Of a stretch of DNA of 64,000 bases, positions 14,228-24,200 are shown piece by piece. Under the pieces are notes generated by a model. That model was not told where the DNA came from, made no database searches, and saw only the letters and a program-made list of their open reading frames with translations. Where the stretch lies: positions 32,001 through 96,000 of the forward strand of contig CAZZIO010000065.1 of assembly GCA_964654465.1 (NCBI GenBank), read 5' to 3'. This DNA comes from an uncultured Dictyoglomota bacterium (lineage in GTDB: Bacteria > Dictyoglomota > Dictyoglomia > Dictyoglomales > Dictyoglomaceae). Position 1 is the stretch's first letter, and each line of letters opens with the position of its first letter. The position numbers were made by a program, and so were the translations under genes.

Positions 14228-14956
14228 TTAAACATCTATCAATTCATATTTGCCCCAAACTCCTAAATGCTCTCCTATAATAATTATTACTTGATGAACT
14301 TCTGGAAATTTTTTAGCAAATTCTAATCCTATATTTATATCTTCAGGCTTTTGAATAAGATTTCCCACTGCTGTAGCCATAGCATCTGCAAAAATAACAG
14401 AATGTGATATTATAACAACAGCATCAGCTTTGCCAAAACTAAGAGAAGGTCCCACTGTTCCAGAAGATGTACAAATACCCAATACCGAATTTTTAGGAAT
14501 AAGTATCCCTATTTTATTACTCCAGGGAGATTCTCCTGCAAAGATTAACACTTTTCTTTCTTTTTTTGTAGAAATGAAAATATCTCCACCATTTTCAATG
14601 ATTATTTGAGAAGAATAATTTAAAAGATCTTTTCCAACAAACTCGGATATAGCTCCTGCTACAGAAGCCATTGGCCCAACTCCTGCCTTTCCTGTCCAGT
14701 ATGACATCTGTTTAACTATTAAAGGTGCATCCTCTTCCACAGTGTAAGGAGTTAAGGATACCCTAAATAAAGGATCTCTTGATATATAATCTTCTAATTG
14801 TTGTCTATAGAAAGATAAAATTTTTAATGTTTCTTCTTCAAGGTTTTTCTCAGCTAAAACAAATAGGTCACTTTCCCGAATTTTTACAGGAAAACCAACA
14901 AGATCCTCTGTTTTCACTAACCTTCTATATTTTCTTTCTATATATTCTTTTGTCAT
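14228..14956 (-). CDS. UPF0280 family protein (ApbE superfamily, COG2122)
   Basis: VGPMASVAGAI, ENGGDI, GICTSSGTVGPSLSFGKADA, ADAMATAVGN. Confidence 0.93.
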   Translation of the reverse strand: MTKEYIERKYRRLVKTEDLVGFPVKIRESDLFVLAEKNLEEETLKILSFYRQQLEDYISRDPLFRVSLTPYTVEEDAPLIVKQMSYWTGKAGVGPMASVAGAISEFVGKDLLNYSSQIIIENGGDIFISTKKERKVLIFAGESPWSNKIGILIPKNSVLGICTSSGTVGPSLSFGKADAVVIISHSVIFADAMATAVGNLIQKPEDINIGLEFAKKFPEVHQVIIIIGEHLGVWGKYELIDV

Positions 14957-14971
14957 AAAAATCCATAAAAT

Positions 14972-15000
14972 ATGGGGAGAGAAATATATCCTCTCCCCAT
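14972..15000 (-). terminator. Hairpin (terminator or stabilising stem) between the NIL-ferredoxin and UPF0280 genes
   Basis: ATGGGGAGAG / CTCTCCCCAT 10-bp stem with a short T tract on the minus strand. Confidence 0.6.
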
Positions 15001-15010
15001 TTAAATATAT

Positions 15011-15418
15011 CTAAACAAAGAGTTTCATCTCCATAGCATTATATGGACATAGTTCTACACAAATTCCACAAGCTGTACATTTTTGAGAATCAAACTTGAC
15101 AAAATAACCTTCTCTATAAAGAGCTTTTGTTGGACAATAACTTACACAATATCCACAATGTACACATTTATCCTCTAACCATACTACATCTTGAGAAAGA
15201 GGCTGAATCTCAACACCTAAATCTTTCAAATATTCAATTCCTTTTATAAAATTATCATCTTCTCCCGAAAGCTCTAAAACCATTAATCCCTCTTCGTCTG
15301 GAGTGATCGTAGCCTTAAGTATATTAAAATCCAAATTAAATTTTTTCACCAAATTTACCACTACAGGCTTATCAGCAAGTTCCTTTGGAAAATGTAATAC
15401 TATCCTCTCTGTTCTCAC
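15011..15418 (-). CDS. NIL domain-2x[4Fe-4S] ferredoxin (MA1822-type partner of DUF39)
   Basis: NIL domain (FNILKA); CVHCGYCVSYCP and CTACGICVELCP. Confidence 0.93.
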   Translation of the reverse strand: MRTERIVLHFPKELADKPVVVNLVKKFNLDFNILKATITPDEEGLMVLELSGEDDNFIKGIEYLKDLGVEIQPLSQDVVWLEDKCVHCGYCVSYCPTKALYREGYFVKFDSQKCTACGICVELCPYNAMEMKLFV

Positions 15419-16635
15419 TTCTGCTCCACCTCCCCTAAAATCTCTTTTCCACTAAATTGTTTAAATTTTATACCTGACTCTACTCCAGGAAGTGGGGCAG
15501 AAGGAGAAGTTAAAAAGAATTTTCCTTCTTTTATCCATGATTTAAGTATTTCAGCTATCTCTTTAGCTTTAGGATAACTTGATAACGGGCTTGTAGGTAT
15601 CTTCTTTCCAAAAAGCTCTATATAACCACTTTTAAGTTCCTTATAACTTACATAAGTGATAACATCAGATTCTCTATTAGGATAAGCTGTAGCATAATCT
15701 ACTACTGGCGCCAGTATATCCTCATCACTAACAGAGGTATAAAAAGCCATCTCTTCATCTAAAATAGGAATTGGTACACCTATGCCTACTGCCAGTGAGA
15801 CCCCATATCCTTTCATGCTTACCCCACGAAGCCATTTTGCGTTCATCTGTTTAAGATCACCAATAACTGCTAATGTACCTGCTCCACCTTTTGGTATACC
15901 CCTTTCTGTCCTCTCTACAGAAGGATTATGTTGAGTTCCATGCCAAATCACATATCCTATACCACCACCCAAAAATATACGAGTTCCGATTCCTATAGTC
16001 TTATAATAAGGATCATTTAAAAGAGGTGATAATTGCCCTGCACTGGAATAATTTGCATTACCAAACTTAGGTTTTAACATACCTAAGTATGTATACAACA
16101 CTCTGTTTGAAGAGTTTACAGCCACATTATAATTTTGATACGCATTTCTTATATTAAAAAGTACAGCTTCATTAAGGTCATTTATTGTAATATAAGCATC
16201 CAAAAATCTTCTTGGGTAACAATCTGTACCATATGCTTGAGCAGTTATTCTAATTTCTTTACCTGAAACTAAATCCTCTATTACGTGTCCTCCACCATAT
16301 GGGAAATCTCCGGGATAATACTTATTTCTTGGATCATCATCAGGCAAGGCATTTGCACCTAAGAATAAGTCTACTGCTGCGTAAGCAGCATAAGCAGGAA
16401 CACCGTTAAGATATACTTTTCCTCCCCCGAGCTTAATTCTTGGTTTTGTATGGCCAATGTTAAAATATATACCAGAAGAACACATAATTCCAAAAGTCCC
16501 AGTTGTTACAACATCTACTTCTTTAGCTGCTCTCTCTACACCCTTTTCTTTCACGATACCAATCATTTCCTCAGCAGTAACAACCACTGCCTTACCCTGG
16601 CGGATCTTCTCATTAATTTCTTCAATTGTCTTCAT
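15415..16635 (-). CDS. DUF39 homocysteine biosynthesis protein (L-aspartate semialdehyde sulfurtransferase, MA1821-type, no CBS domains)
   Basis: KTIEEINEKI, VDVVTTGTFGIMCSSG, RNAYQNY, SPLLNDP, IGIGTRIFLGG. Confidence 0.92.
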   Translation of the reverse strand: MKTIEEINEKIRQGKAVVVTAEEMIGIVKEKGVERAAKEVDVVTTGTFGIMCSSGIYFNIGHTKPRIKLGGGKVYLNGVPAYAAYAAVDLFLGANALPDDDPRNKYYPGDFPYGGGHVIEDLVSGKEIRITAQAYGTDCYPRRFLDAYITINDLNEAVLFNIRNAYQNYNVAVNSSNRVLYTYLGMLKPKFGNANYSSAGQLSPLLNDPYYKTIGIGTRIFLGGGIGYVIWHGTQHNPSVERTERGIPKGGAGTLAVIGDLKQMNAKWLRGVSMKGYGVSLAVGIGVPIPILDEEMAFYTSVSDEDILAPVVDYATAYPNRESDVITYVSYKELKSGYIELFGKKIPTSPLSSYPKAKEIAEILKSWIKEGKFFLTSPSAPLPGVESGIKFKQFSGKEILGEVEQK

Positions 16636-16718
16636 CCTTTTACCTCCTTTTTCTCAATATCTATTATAACTTCTCCTATATTAACCGCCCTTTTCGGGCA
16701 AGGCATGATCCATAACAA
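16632..16718 (-). CDS. Putative 28-aa leader/small protein MLWIMPCPKRAVNIGEVIIDIEKKEVKG
   Basis: Strong AAGGAGGTG RBS 6 nt before TTG 16718; its TGA stop overlaps the DUF39 ATG (ATGA). Confidence 0.45.
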   Translation of the reverse strand: MLWIMPCPKRAVNIGEVIIDIEKKEVKG

Positions 16719-16758
16719 TTTCACCACCTCCTTAAATAAGGGGTAAAATTTTCCATAT

Positions 16759-16787
16759 ATAATACCAAAAACGTCGGAGTTTTGCAA
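16759..16787 (-). promoter_or_regulatory. Sigma70-type promoter for the DUF39 operon
   Basis: TTGCAA-17 bp-TATTAT on the minus strand. Confidence 0.65.
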
Positions 16788-16802
16788 GATTATAAATTGA
16801 TT

Positions 16803-17765
16803 TTATCTATATTTCTTAGCAGTCTCCATAAAAACCTTTATATTTTCCAAAGGTGTACCTACAGGTATATCACAACCAGAACTTAAAATAAAATTTTTAA
16901 CATCTCTCATTTTATTTAGAAGCTCAATAGTCTTCTTCTCTATATCTTCTTTTTTCCCTTGTAAAAAAACTTTGACAGGATCCAGATTACCTATAATATA
17001 CATATGAGATGGGATTTTTTCAGCAACCCATTTTAAATCTACCAAACTATCAAGACTTAACCCATAAGCATCGCTTTTCCCCATATCTTCTATAAGATGA
17101 GATGTATTACCACAAATATGATATATGAGAGGTCTTTTAAGTTCAGATACAAGATACTTGAAATAGGGTAAAGAAAATTCCCTAAAATAAGCTGGAGAAA
17201 GTATAACTGCAGTTGGTTCCAATACCGCTACCACATCAACTCCTGCATCGAAAAAAGCTTTTGCATACTCTTTGATAACATTCACAGAAAACTCTAGCAA
17301 TTCCTTTACAAAATCAGGATCATCTATTACATTAATACCTAAATCATTTACACCCATAAGTTCACCTGTTAAAGTAAAAGGACCTATAACATAACCTCCT
17401 TTTATTACCTTGAAATTCTGAGCCATTTTTTCAGCCACTCTAATAAATGTTATCATACGTCCAGAAATACCCTTCCATCTTCTTTTTATATCTTGAAGAA
17501 CTTCTCTATCCTTAACCGGATGATCTAAAACAGAAGGATTTTCATTCTCAGGGAAATTAATCTTTAGACCTAAAGCTTCTACTTCTACAGTCAAATCCAT
17601 AAAAGTAAATATACCATCAGGTTGAAACTCTGAAAGAATCATATCCAAAGTTTTAAACTGTATTTCTGGATTTATTAAATTTTCTTTTAAAGTAGTATTA
17701 GTCAATTTTATTCCTGGAGCACCAAGTAAAGGAATTATTAGTCTTTCTCCTCTCTTATCAAGCAT
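16803..17765 (-). CDS. UroD/MtaA-CmuA family methyl-corrinoid:thiol methyltransferase-like protein
   Basis: DLTVEVEALG, GPFTL, HICG (HxC Zn motif), GNLDPV, FILSSGCDIP. Confidence 0.88.
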   Translation of the reverse strand: MLDKRGERLIIPLLGAPGIKLTNTTLKENLINPEIQFKTLDMILSEFQPDGIFTFMDLTVEVEALGLKINFPENENPSVLDHPVKDREVLQDIKRRWKGISGRMITFIRVAEKMAQNFKVIKGGYVIGPFTLTGELMGVNDLGINVIDDPDFVKELLEFSVNVIKEYAKAFFDAGVDVVAVLEPTAVILSPAYFREFSLPYFKYLVSELKRPLIYHICGNTSHLIEDMGKSDAYGLSLDSLVDLKWVAEKIPSHMYIIGNLDPVKVFLQGKKEDIEKKTIELLNKMRDVKNFILSSGCDIPVGTPLENIKVFMETAKKYR

Positions 17766-19444
17766 TGATCTTCCTCCTCAAAATACATAAACTTTATAAA
17801 ATACTCTTGAAATTTTTTATCAGAAGAAAGCTCTACATAATTGACTTTTTCTTTTATCTTTTCTACATCTTCCATAAGAAATCTATTTAGAAGTACAATC
17901 TTAGCTCCTCCAATAGCCGAATTCCCAACCAATATAATTTTTTCCAAAGGTATATGAGGTAAAAGTCCTGTTTTAATAGCATTTTTTCTATTCAAATAAC
18001 TACCAAAAGAACCAGCAATATAAATTTTATCTATTTCTTTATAGATTATACCTGCTTTATTAAGTAAAACCTCTATACCAGCTCTTAAGGCAGATTTTAC
18101 CAGTTGAAACTCCCTAACATCTTTCTGAGTTATCTTAACTTTACCTATATAAAATTCCCCGCCCTTCATAAATTTCCCAGTATGATCTATTATCTTTAGA
18201 TCCAACATTACTGATATAGCATCTAAAAGGCCAGAACCACATATTCCTTTCTCTTCCATATCTCCAATAACCTCAAACTTAACTGTTTCTTCTAACCATA
18301 CATGAGAAATAGCACCTTTCTTTGCAATCATGCCATGTGAAATATTACTTCCTTCAAAGGCAGGTCCTGCAGCCGTAGCACACGCAAAAAGAGTATCCTC
18401 TGACTTTAACACTATCTCACCATTGGTTCCTATATCAATAAGCATAACATTTCCTTTTTCATTCAATAAATTAGTAGCTATAATTCCTGCTACTACATCT
18501 CCCCCCACATAACCTGAGATTAAAGGAAAGACATAAAGTTTTGCATTAAATATATTTCCAAAAATATCTTTTGAATTAAAAATCATTCCATTTCTAAAAG
18601 CAGGAACAAAAGGAGAAAAAGCTATATTTTCCGGAGTTACACCAAGAAAAATGTGAGTCATAACGGAATTACCAGCTATGGAGATAGCATAAATATCATT
18701 TAAACTTATATTATTCTTTATACACAAATCTTGAATTATCTCTGTAATAGCTTTTATTAACTTATCTCTTAGAATCTGCAAACCCTCAGGATTATGAATA
18801 ATAAAATTAATTCTTGAAATTATATCAGCCCCATAAGTTAACTGAGGATTTTCAGTAGAATAGCTATCTATATCGCTTCCATTTGTAAGATCCAATATAT
18901 GTCCTACTAAAGTTGTTGTCCCTATATCCAAAGCAATACCATATACACTTTTTAGTTCTTCTTCCCTTATATCAATTATTTCTTCCTTAAAAAGTACAAG
19001 ATTCCCTTTATAATTATTTCTTCTTAAAAAAGTTGGTAATCTTCTTAAAACAGAAATATCTTGTAAATATATATTTTCTTTTACAGATAAAATTCTTTCT
19101 AAATCGGATCTCAAATCGCTAAGAGAAGGAATTTGCAGAGAAAAAGCTTGTAATGTAATGACGGGAGAAAGGATAAAATTGTTATCTTCTAAAAATTCCT
19201 TTTGTATGTTTATGTCAGTACTTTCTTCTTTTAACAATTCAACCGTTAAATCCTCTTCCGCATATGTCTGACAAGCAAGGCTTATACCCTTATCTAATAT
19301 TTTTACCTTACACTTTTTACACCATCCAGCCCCACCACAATAAGAAGGAATTTTTATATTATTTTCTATCAATATATCTAATAATCTATCCCCTTGAGTT
19401 ACCTTAATTATTTTGTTTTCAGGTAAAACTCTTATATATGGCAT
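17738..19444 (-). CDS. ASKHA-domain reductive activator of corrinoid proteins (RACo/RamA-like) with N-terminal [2Fe-2S]
   Basis: CGGAGWCKKC...LACQ; DIGTTT; GADIISRI; DIGTNGE; AGPAFEG; GICGSG; AGSFG. Confidence 0.93.
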   Translation of the reverse strand: MPYIRVLPENKIIKVTQGDRLLDILIENNIKIPSYCGGAGWCKKCKVKILDKGISLACQTYAEEDLTVELLKEESTDINIQKEFLEDNNFILSPVITLQAFSLQIPSLSDLRSDLERILSVKENIYLQDISVLRRLPTFLRRNNYKGNLVLFKEEIIDIREEELKSVYGIALDIGTTTLVGHILDLTNGSDIDSYSTENPQLTYGADIISRINFIIHNPEGLQILRDKLIKAITEIIQDLCIKNNISLNDIYAISIAGNSVMTHIFLGVTPENIAFSPFVPAFRNGMIFNSKDIFGNIFNAKLYVFPLISGYVGGDVVAGIIATNLLNEKGNVMLIDIGTNGEIVLKSEDTLFACATAAGPAFEGSNISHGMIAKKGAISHVWLEETVKFEVIGDMEEKGICGSGLLDAISVMLDLKIIDHTGKFMKGGEFYIGKVKITQKDVREFQLVKSALRAGIEVLLNKAGIIYKEIDKIYIAGSFGSYLNRKNAIKTGLLPHIPLEKIILVGNSAIGGAKIVLLNRFLMEDVEKIKEKVNYVELSSDKKFQEYFIKFMYFEEEDQCLIREEKD

Positions 19445-20083
19445 TTATGATACTTTGAGTAATCTATTGACCAACTCCACAGAGGAATAAGCATCCTCTG
19501 CATAACCATCTGCGCCAATCTCCTTCGCAAATTCTTCTGTAACAGGAGCACCTCCAACAATAATCTTAACCTTATCTCTTAATCCTTCCTTTTCAATAAC
19601 ATCTATAGTAACCTTCATTTGAGACATTGTAGTGGTAAGAAGAGCTGACATCCCCACCACATCAGGTTTATTTTCTTTTATTGCTTGCACAAACTTCTCA
19701 GGTGGCACATCTATACCAAGATCAATTATTTGATAACCAGCTCCCTCTAACATCATAGCGACTAAATTTTTCCCAATATCATGCAAATCTCCCTTAACAG
19801 TACCTATTACAATCTTTCCTTTAATAACATTTGAGGATTTTGCAATAAGAGGTTTTAAAATTTCCATACCTTTTTGCATTGCTCTTGCAGAAACAAGAAC
19901 CTCGGGAACAAAGATTTCATTTTTCTTAAATCTTTCTCCTATAACACTCATACCTGAAAGAAGTCCTTTGTCTATTATATCTTCTGGGGTAATCCCTTCT
20001 TTTAATGCCTTCTCCACTAATTCTTGAACCTTTTTTCTATCACCTGAAATTACAGCATTTGCAATTTCTTTTAATATTTCCAT
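19445..20083 (-). CDS. Methyltransferase cognate corrinoid (B12-binding) protein
   Basis: FVPEVL cap domain; GDLHDIGKNLV (DxHxxG); SALLTTT; GGAP. Confidence 0.96.
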   Translation of the reverse strand: MEILKEIANAVISGDRKKVQELVEKALKEGITPEDIIDKGLLSGMSVIGERFKKNEIFVPEVLVSARAMQKGMEILKPLIAKSSNVIKGKIVIGTVKGDLHDIGKNLVAMMLEGAGYQIIDLGIDVPPEKFVQAIKENKPDVVGMSALLTTTMSQMKVTIDVIEKEGLRDKVKIIVGGAPVTEEFAKEIGADGYAEDAYSSVELVNRLLKVS

Positions 20084-20097
20084 ATTATAAACCTCCC

Positions 20098-20109
20098 GAA
20101 AACGTTTTT
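20098..20109. promoter_or_regulatory. Candidate LacI-family operator GAAAACGTTTTT upstream of the corrinoid gene
   Basis: CG-centred palindrome AAAACGTTTT beside the RBS; shares ACGTTTTTCTT with the site upstream of the LacI gene. Confidence 0.55.
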
Positions 20110-20155
20110 CTTTTATGAATTATATCATATTTACCTCAATTTTTACCCAAATTTT

Positions 20156-21169
20156 CTATTTTCTTGGAGCAGTACTCTCCCTTATCACCAACTTTGTAGG
20201 AAGTTTAATATGTTGAATAGGAAGATCTGGATTTTTTAATCTTTCTATTAAAACTTCCGCTGCTTTAACTCCCATCTCATAGAATGGCTGAGAAACAGTG
20301 GTTAGTTCGGGTATAGTAAGATTGGCAAGAGTGTCATCAAACCCCACTATAGACATATCCTGAGGTATACGAATTCCTCTTTTGACAAGTATCTTCATAA
20401 TCTGAATAGCCATAAAATCACTAAAAGCAAAAACGGCAGTAGGCGGAATAGGAAGAGAAAGTAACTCATTAATTGCTATTTCTTCATTAACCTGATCATA
20501 AAATATCTTCAGGAGATTTTCATCAAAAGGAATTTTAGCATCCTCCAACGCTTTTTTATAACCTTCAATTCTTTCCCTTACAATAATACTTTCTGGATTT
20601 ATAGTAATATGAGCTATTCTTGTATGACCTAACTCAATTAAATACTTAACTGCCTCATAACTTCCCTGAATATTATCAGCATATACCACATCATGTTCGG
20701 AAAATCTTGGATGCTCCAATATAACCAAAGGCATATTTTTCTTACGAGCAAGCCTACTTACTTCTTCATTTGACAGTGCTCCAACGATCACACCATCAAC
20801 CCTTCTTTCCAACATAAGATTCATATATCTTAGTTCTCTCAATGATTTTCCATCTGTATTACAAAGAAGAACGGTATATCCATTATGTCTTGCCACATCC
20901 TCTATTCCCCTTGCCATATTAGGAAAGACAGGATTAGCTATATCTAATACAAAAAATGCAATAGCTTCAGTTTTTTGCTTTGCTAAACTTCTTGCAATTG
21001 CATTTGGTTTATAATCCAGTATTTTCACAGCCTCAAGTACTCTTCTTCTAGTTTCTTCACTTATTTTTATTCCAGGAGTATTATTAAGAACAAAAGAAAC
21101 AGTTGAACGAGAAACTCCAGCAAGTCTTGCTACATCCCAACTCGTAGGCGCTTTCTTTTTCTTTGTCAT
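20156..21169 (-). CDS. LacI family transcriptional regulator
   Basis: TSWDVARLAGVSRSTVSFVLN HTH; YKPNAIARSL; LTTVSQP; LVIREST. Confidence 0.96.
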   Translation of the reverse strand: MTKKKKAPTSWDVARLAGVSRSTVSFVLNNTPGIKISEETRRRVLEAVKILDYKPNAIARSLAKQKTEAIAFFVLDIANPVFPNMARGIEDVARHNGYTVLLCNTDGKSLRELRYMNLMLERRVDGVIVGALSNEEVSRLARKKNMPLVILEHPRFSEHDVVYADNIQGSYEAVKYLIELGHTRIAHITINPESIIVRERIEGYKKALEDAKIPFDENLLKIFYDQVNEEIAINELLSLPIPPTAVFAFSDFMAIQIMKILVKRGIRIPQDMSIVGFDDTLANLTIPELTTVSQPFYEMGVKAAEVLIERLKNPDLPIQHIKLPTKLVIRESTAPRK

Positions 21170-21186
21170 TTTTCCACCCCTTTTAT

Positions 21187-21198
21187 TAACACGTTTTT
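21187..21198. promoter_or_regulatory. Candidate LacI autoregulatory operator TAACACGTTTTT
   Basis: CG-centred pseudo-palindrome just upstream of the LacI RBS. Confidence 0.5.
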
Positions 21199-21253
21199 CT
21201 TAGTATATTAGCACAAAATTTATATTCTTTGATATAATAATTCTCAAAACATT

Positions 21254-24200
21254 ATGAAAAGAAAAAATATATTTCTTTTATTTCTCCTTATTATACTTAT
21301 ATTTCAAGTCTCTGCTCAACAAAAAGCAGATCCTAAAATATTATGGAGCGCCATCTTAGATGAAAATTTTAACTATGTAAAAAACTTAGAGACTGATGAT
21401 TTTAATACAAACATAGCAAAAGCTTTAATTTTTTTATTAGAAGATAACTTTACAGAATCCTGGAATTACTGGAAAAAAGCACTTCAAATAAATTCTTCCT
21501 CTTATTGGCATGACATCATAGGACTTCTTGGAGAAGGTGCTTGGGAGAATTTAGGGATATTTAAAGAAATTCCCATTATCTTAAAAGATAAAAAAAACCT
21601 TTCTCCTTTCATGGAAAATTTATATTGGAAATCTTTGCTTTCTCAACAAAAGATAAAAGAAATCTATAATTATGCAAGAAGTAAAGGCTTTATTACTGAT
21701 TTTCTTTTCATCGGCCCTTTTGAAAATGTAGGAAATTCTGGATTATATAAAGAATTTCCACCTGAAAAAGAGATTTTGCTAAATCAAAAGTATAAAGGAA
21801 AAAATGGCATAGAAATTAATTGGTTTAAGCCTATGGAAAAAAGTATAAATGGTTATATCAACCTTTATAATTTGTTCTATCCTAATAAATGGAGTACTGC
21901 TTATGCTCTTTGTTATATTTTTATGCCCAAAAGCCAAGAAGTATTAATTAAAATAGGTTCGCCAAATTCCTATAAATTATTTATAGATGACTCTTTTATC
22001 TATAGCATAGAAACAGAAAGACGAAACTTGTTTGACCAAGAGATTATAAAAATTTACTTACCTTTAGGTTGGCATAAATTATTAATTAAAATTTCTAATA
22101 CTATGGGTCCTTTTGGATTTTATTTAGGGATCACCAATGAAAAGAATGAACCTATATCTGGAATAAAGATATCTGAGAATATTCAGAATTATATAAAAAG
22201 GAATTTGTCCTGGGTAAAAATAATCCCACAAAAAGACTTTATCAGAGAATCATCATTATCTGAGATATTTTATTCTTTTTACGGATTTCTTTTAGGTACC
22301 TATTATGGATATAGTGATGCTGGAGAAGAATTTTTAGAAAGAGCAGAAAAAATAAAACCTAAATCCTCATTAATAAAGTTTTTAAAAGGCAAGCTTGAAT
22401 ATGAACTTGGAAACTTAGAAACTGCTAAAAAATATATGGACATTGCCTATAAGGGTAACAGAGACATAAAACTCTCTGCATATTACTTATCTCTCTACAA
22501 CTTAAATTATGGAAGATATGAGGATGCCATAAAGATAATTAAAGAAAATATACACGATAATTCATTCCTTTTAAGATCTCTACTCTCAAGAATCTTCATA
22601 TCACTATCGTGGGAAAAAGAAGTAAATTCAAACGTTAATACATTATCATCTAAATATCCAAACTCTATAGAAACATTATTTTTAATTGGAAAATATTATG
22701 AGATAAAGGAAATTAAAGATAAGGCTATAGATTATTATCAAAAAGCATTATCTATAGACACTGAAAATTGGGAGATGTTTTTAACATTATATAACTTAGC
22801 CGATGAACTAAATCGAATTGATATCTTAGAAAATTTATTAGATATAGCCTTAGAAAAAGATCCAACAAGCACTTGGGCGTACTTAGAAAAGATAAGATTA
22901 TACATGATTAGGGGAGACAAAGAGAAAGCATTTTCCATATTAGAAAGAGTTGAAAAAATCTCCTATCAATATCCTGAAACCTATCTATACAAAGGAAAAC
23001 TTTATTTAGAAGATAATGACGAAAAAGCCATAGAACTTTTCGAAAGAACCCTTCAATTAAATCCATATTTTACAAATTTAAGAATCTATATAAACCATCT
23101 GAAAAGAGAAGAATATAATCTCCCTGATGTTTCTTCTTATTTAGAATCAAAAATTCCAGAAGAATATTTAGAATATCCAGCTGTAATCTTATTAGATCAA
23201 AAAGAAAGAACTTTTTTTAATGATGGAACTTCAAGGATGATTTATCATAAATTAATTAAAATTCTTAAAAACTCAGCAAAAGACAAATATGGCGAAATTC
23301 AAATAGACTACGATTCAAGCTTTGAGAGAGTAAGAATATTAAGGGCAAGAACAATAAAACCAAACGGTGATGAAATTGAAGTCTCAACAATACAGGATTT
23401 TCCAATACTTAGTGATTACCCTCTTTATACTGATGAAAGAAAAATTGTTCTCTCATATCCAGGAATTGAAAAAGGAGCTATCTTAGAGTGTCTATACATG
23501 GTAGAAGAATACACTGGTGGGATATATGGTAAAAACTTTCAAGATATCTTTTTCTTTCAAAACGAGATACCTTCATTATACAGTAGATTCATATTAAAGA
23601 TTCCAAAGGATTTAGAGATAAAATATACCTTTTATAATGGTAACAAAGAACCTAACATAGAAGAAGATAAGAAATGGAAAACATACAAATGGGAAATGGA
23701 AAAACTTCCTGCTATAATAGAAGAACCACTTATGCCTAAAGTAATAGATCTAATACCTCAAGTATGGATAACCACATTCAAAGATTGGGAACAATTAGCA
23801 GATCTTTATTATTCCTTAGCTTACCCTCAAATTAGAGCTGATAAGGCAATTAAAGAAAAGGTTAAAGAATTAATATTAGGTTTGAAAAAAGAAGAAGACA
23901 AAATAAAAGCTATATACTATTATGTAACGTCAGAAATAAGATATGTTGGATTAGAATTTGGTATTGGAGGAATTATGCCTCATAGTGCTCCCAGCATATT
24001 TAGAGAAAAATATGGTGATTGTAAAGATAAGGCAATACTGCTCATTACTATGCTTCAAGAAGCAGGAATAGAAGCGTATTATACTCTCGTAAACACCAGA
24101 TATTCCATATCTTTTAAGAAAGAAATACCTGCTTTTCAGTTTGATCATGCTATAGTAGCTGTACCTCTAAATAATAATTTTATTTTCCTTGATGGAACAG

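Noticed and set aside
16450-16746. Plus-strand ORFs 16450-16746 and 16457-16669
   Set aside because: Antisense to DUF39, no RBS, no recognisable motifs
16803-17765. Call as hemE (true uroporphyrinogen decarboxylase)
   Set aside because: Lacks the RQAGR motif, has the HxC...C Zn motif, and sits with corrinoid and RACo genes
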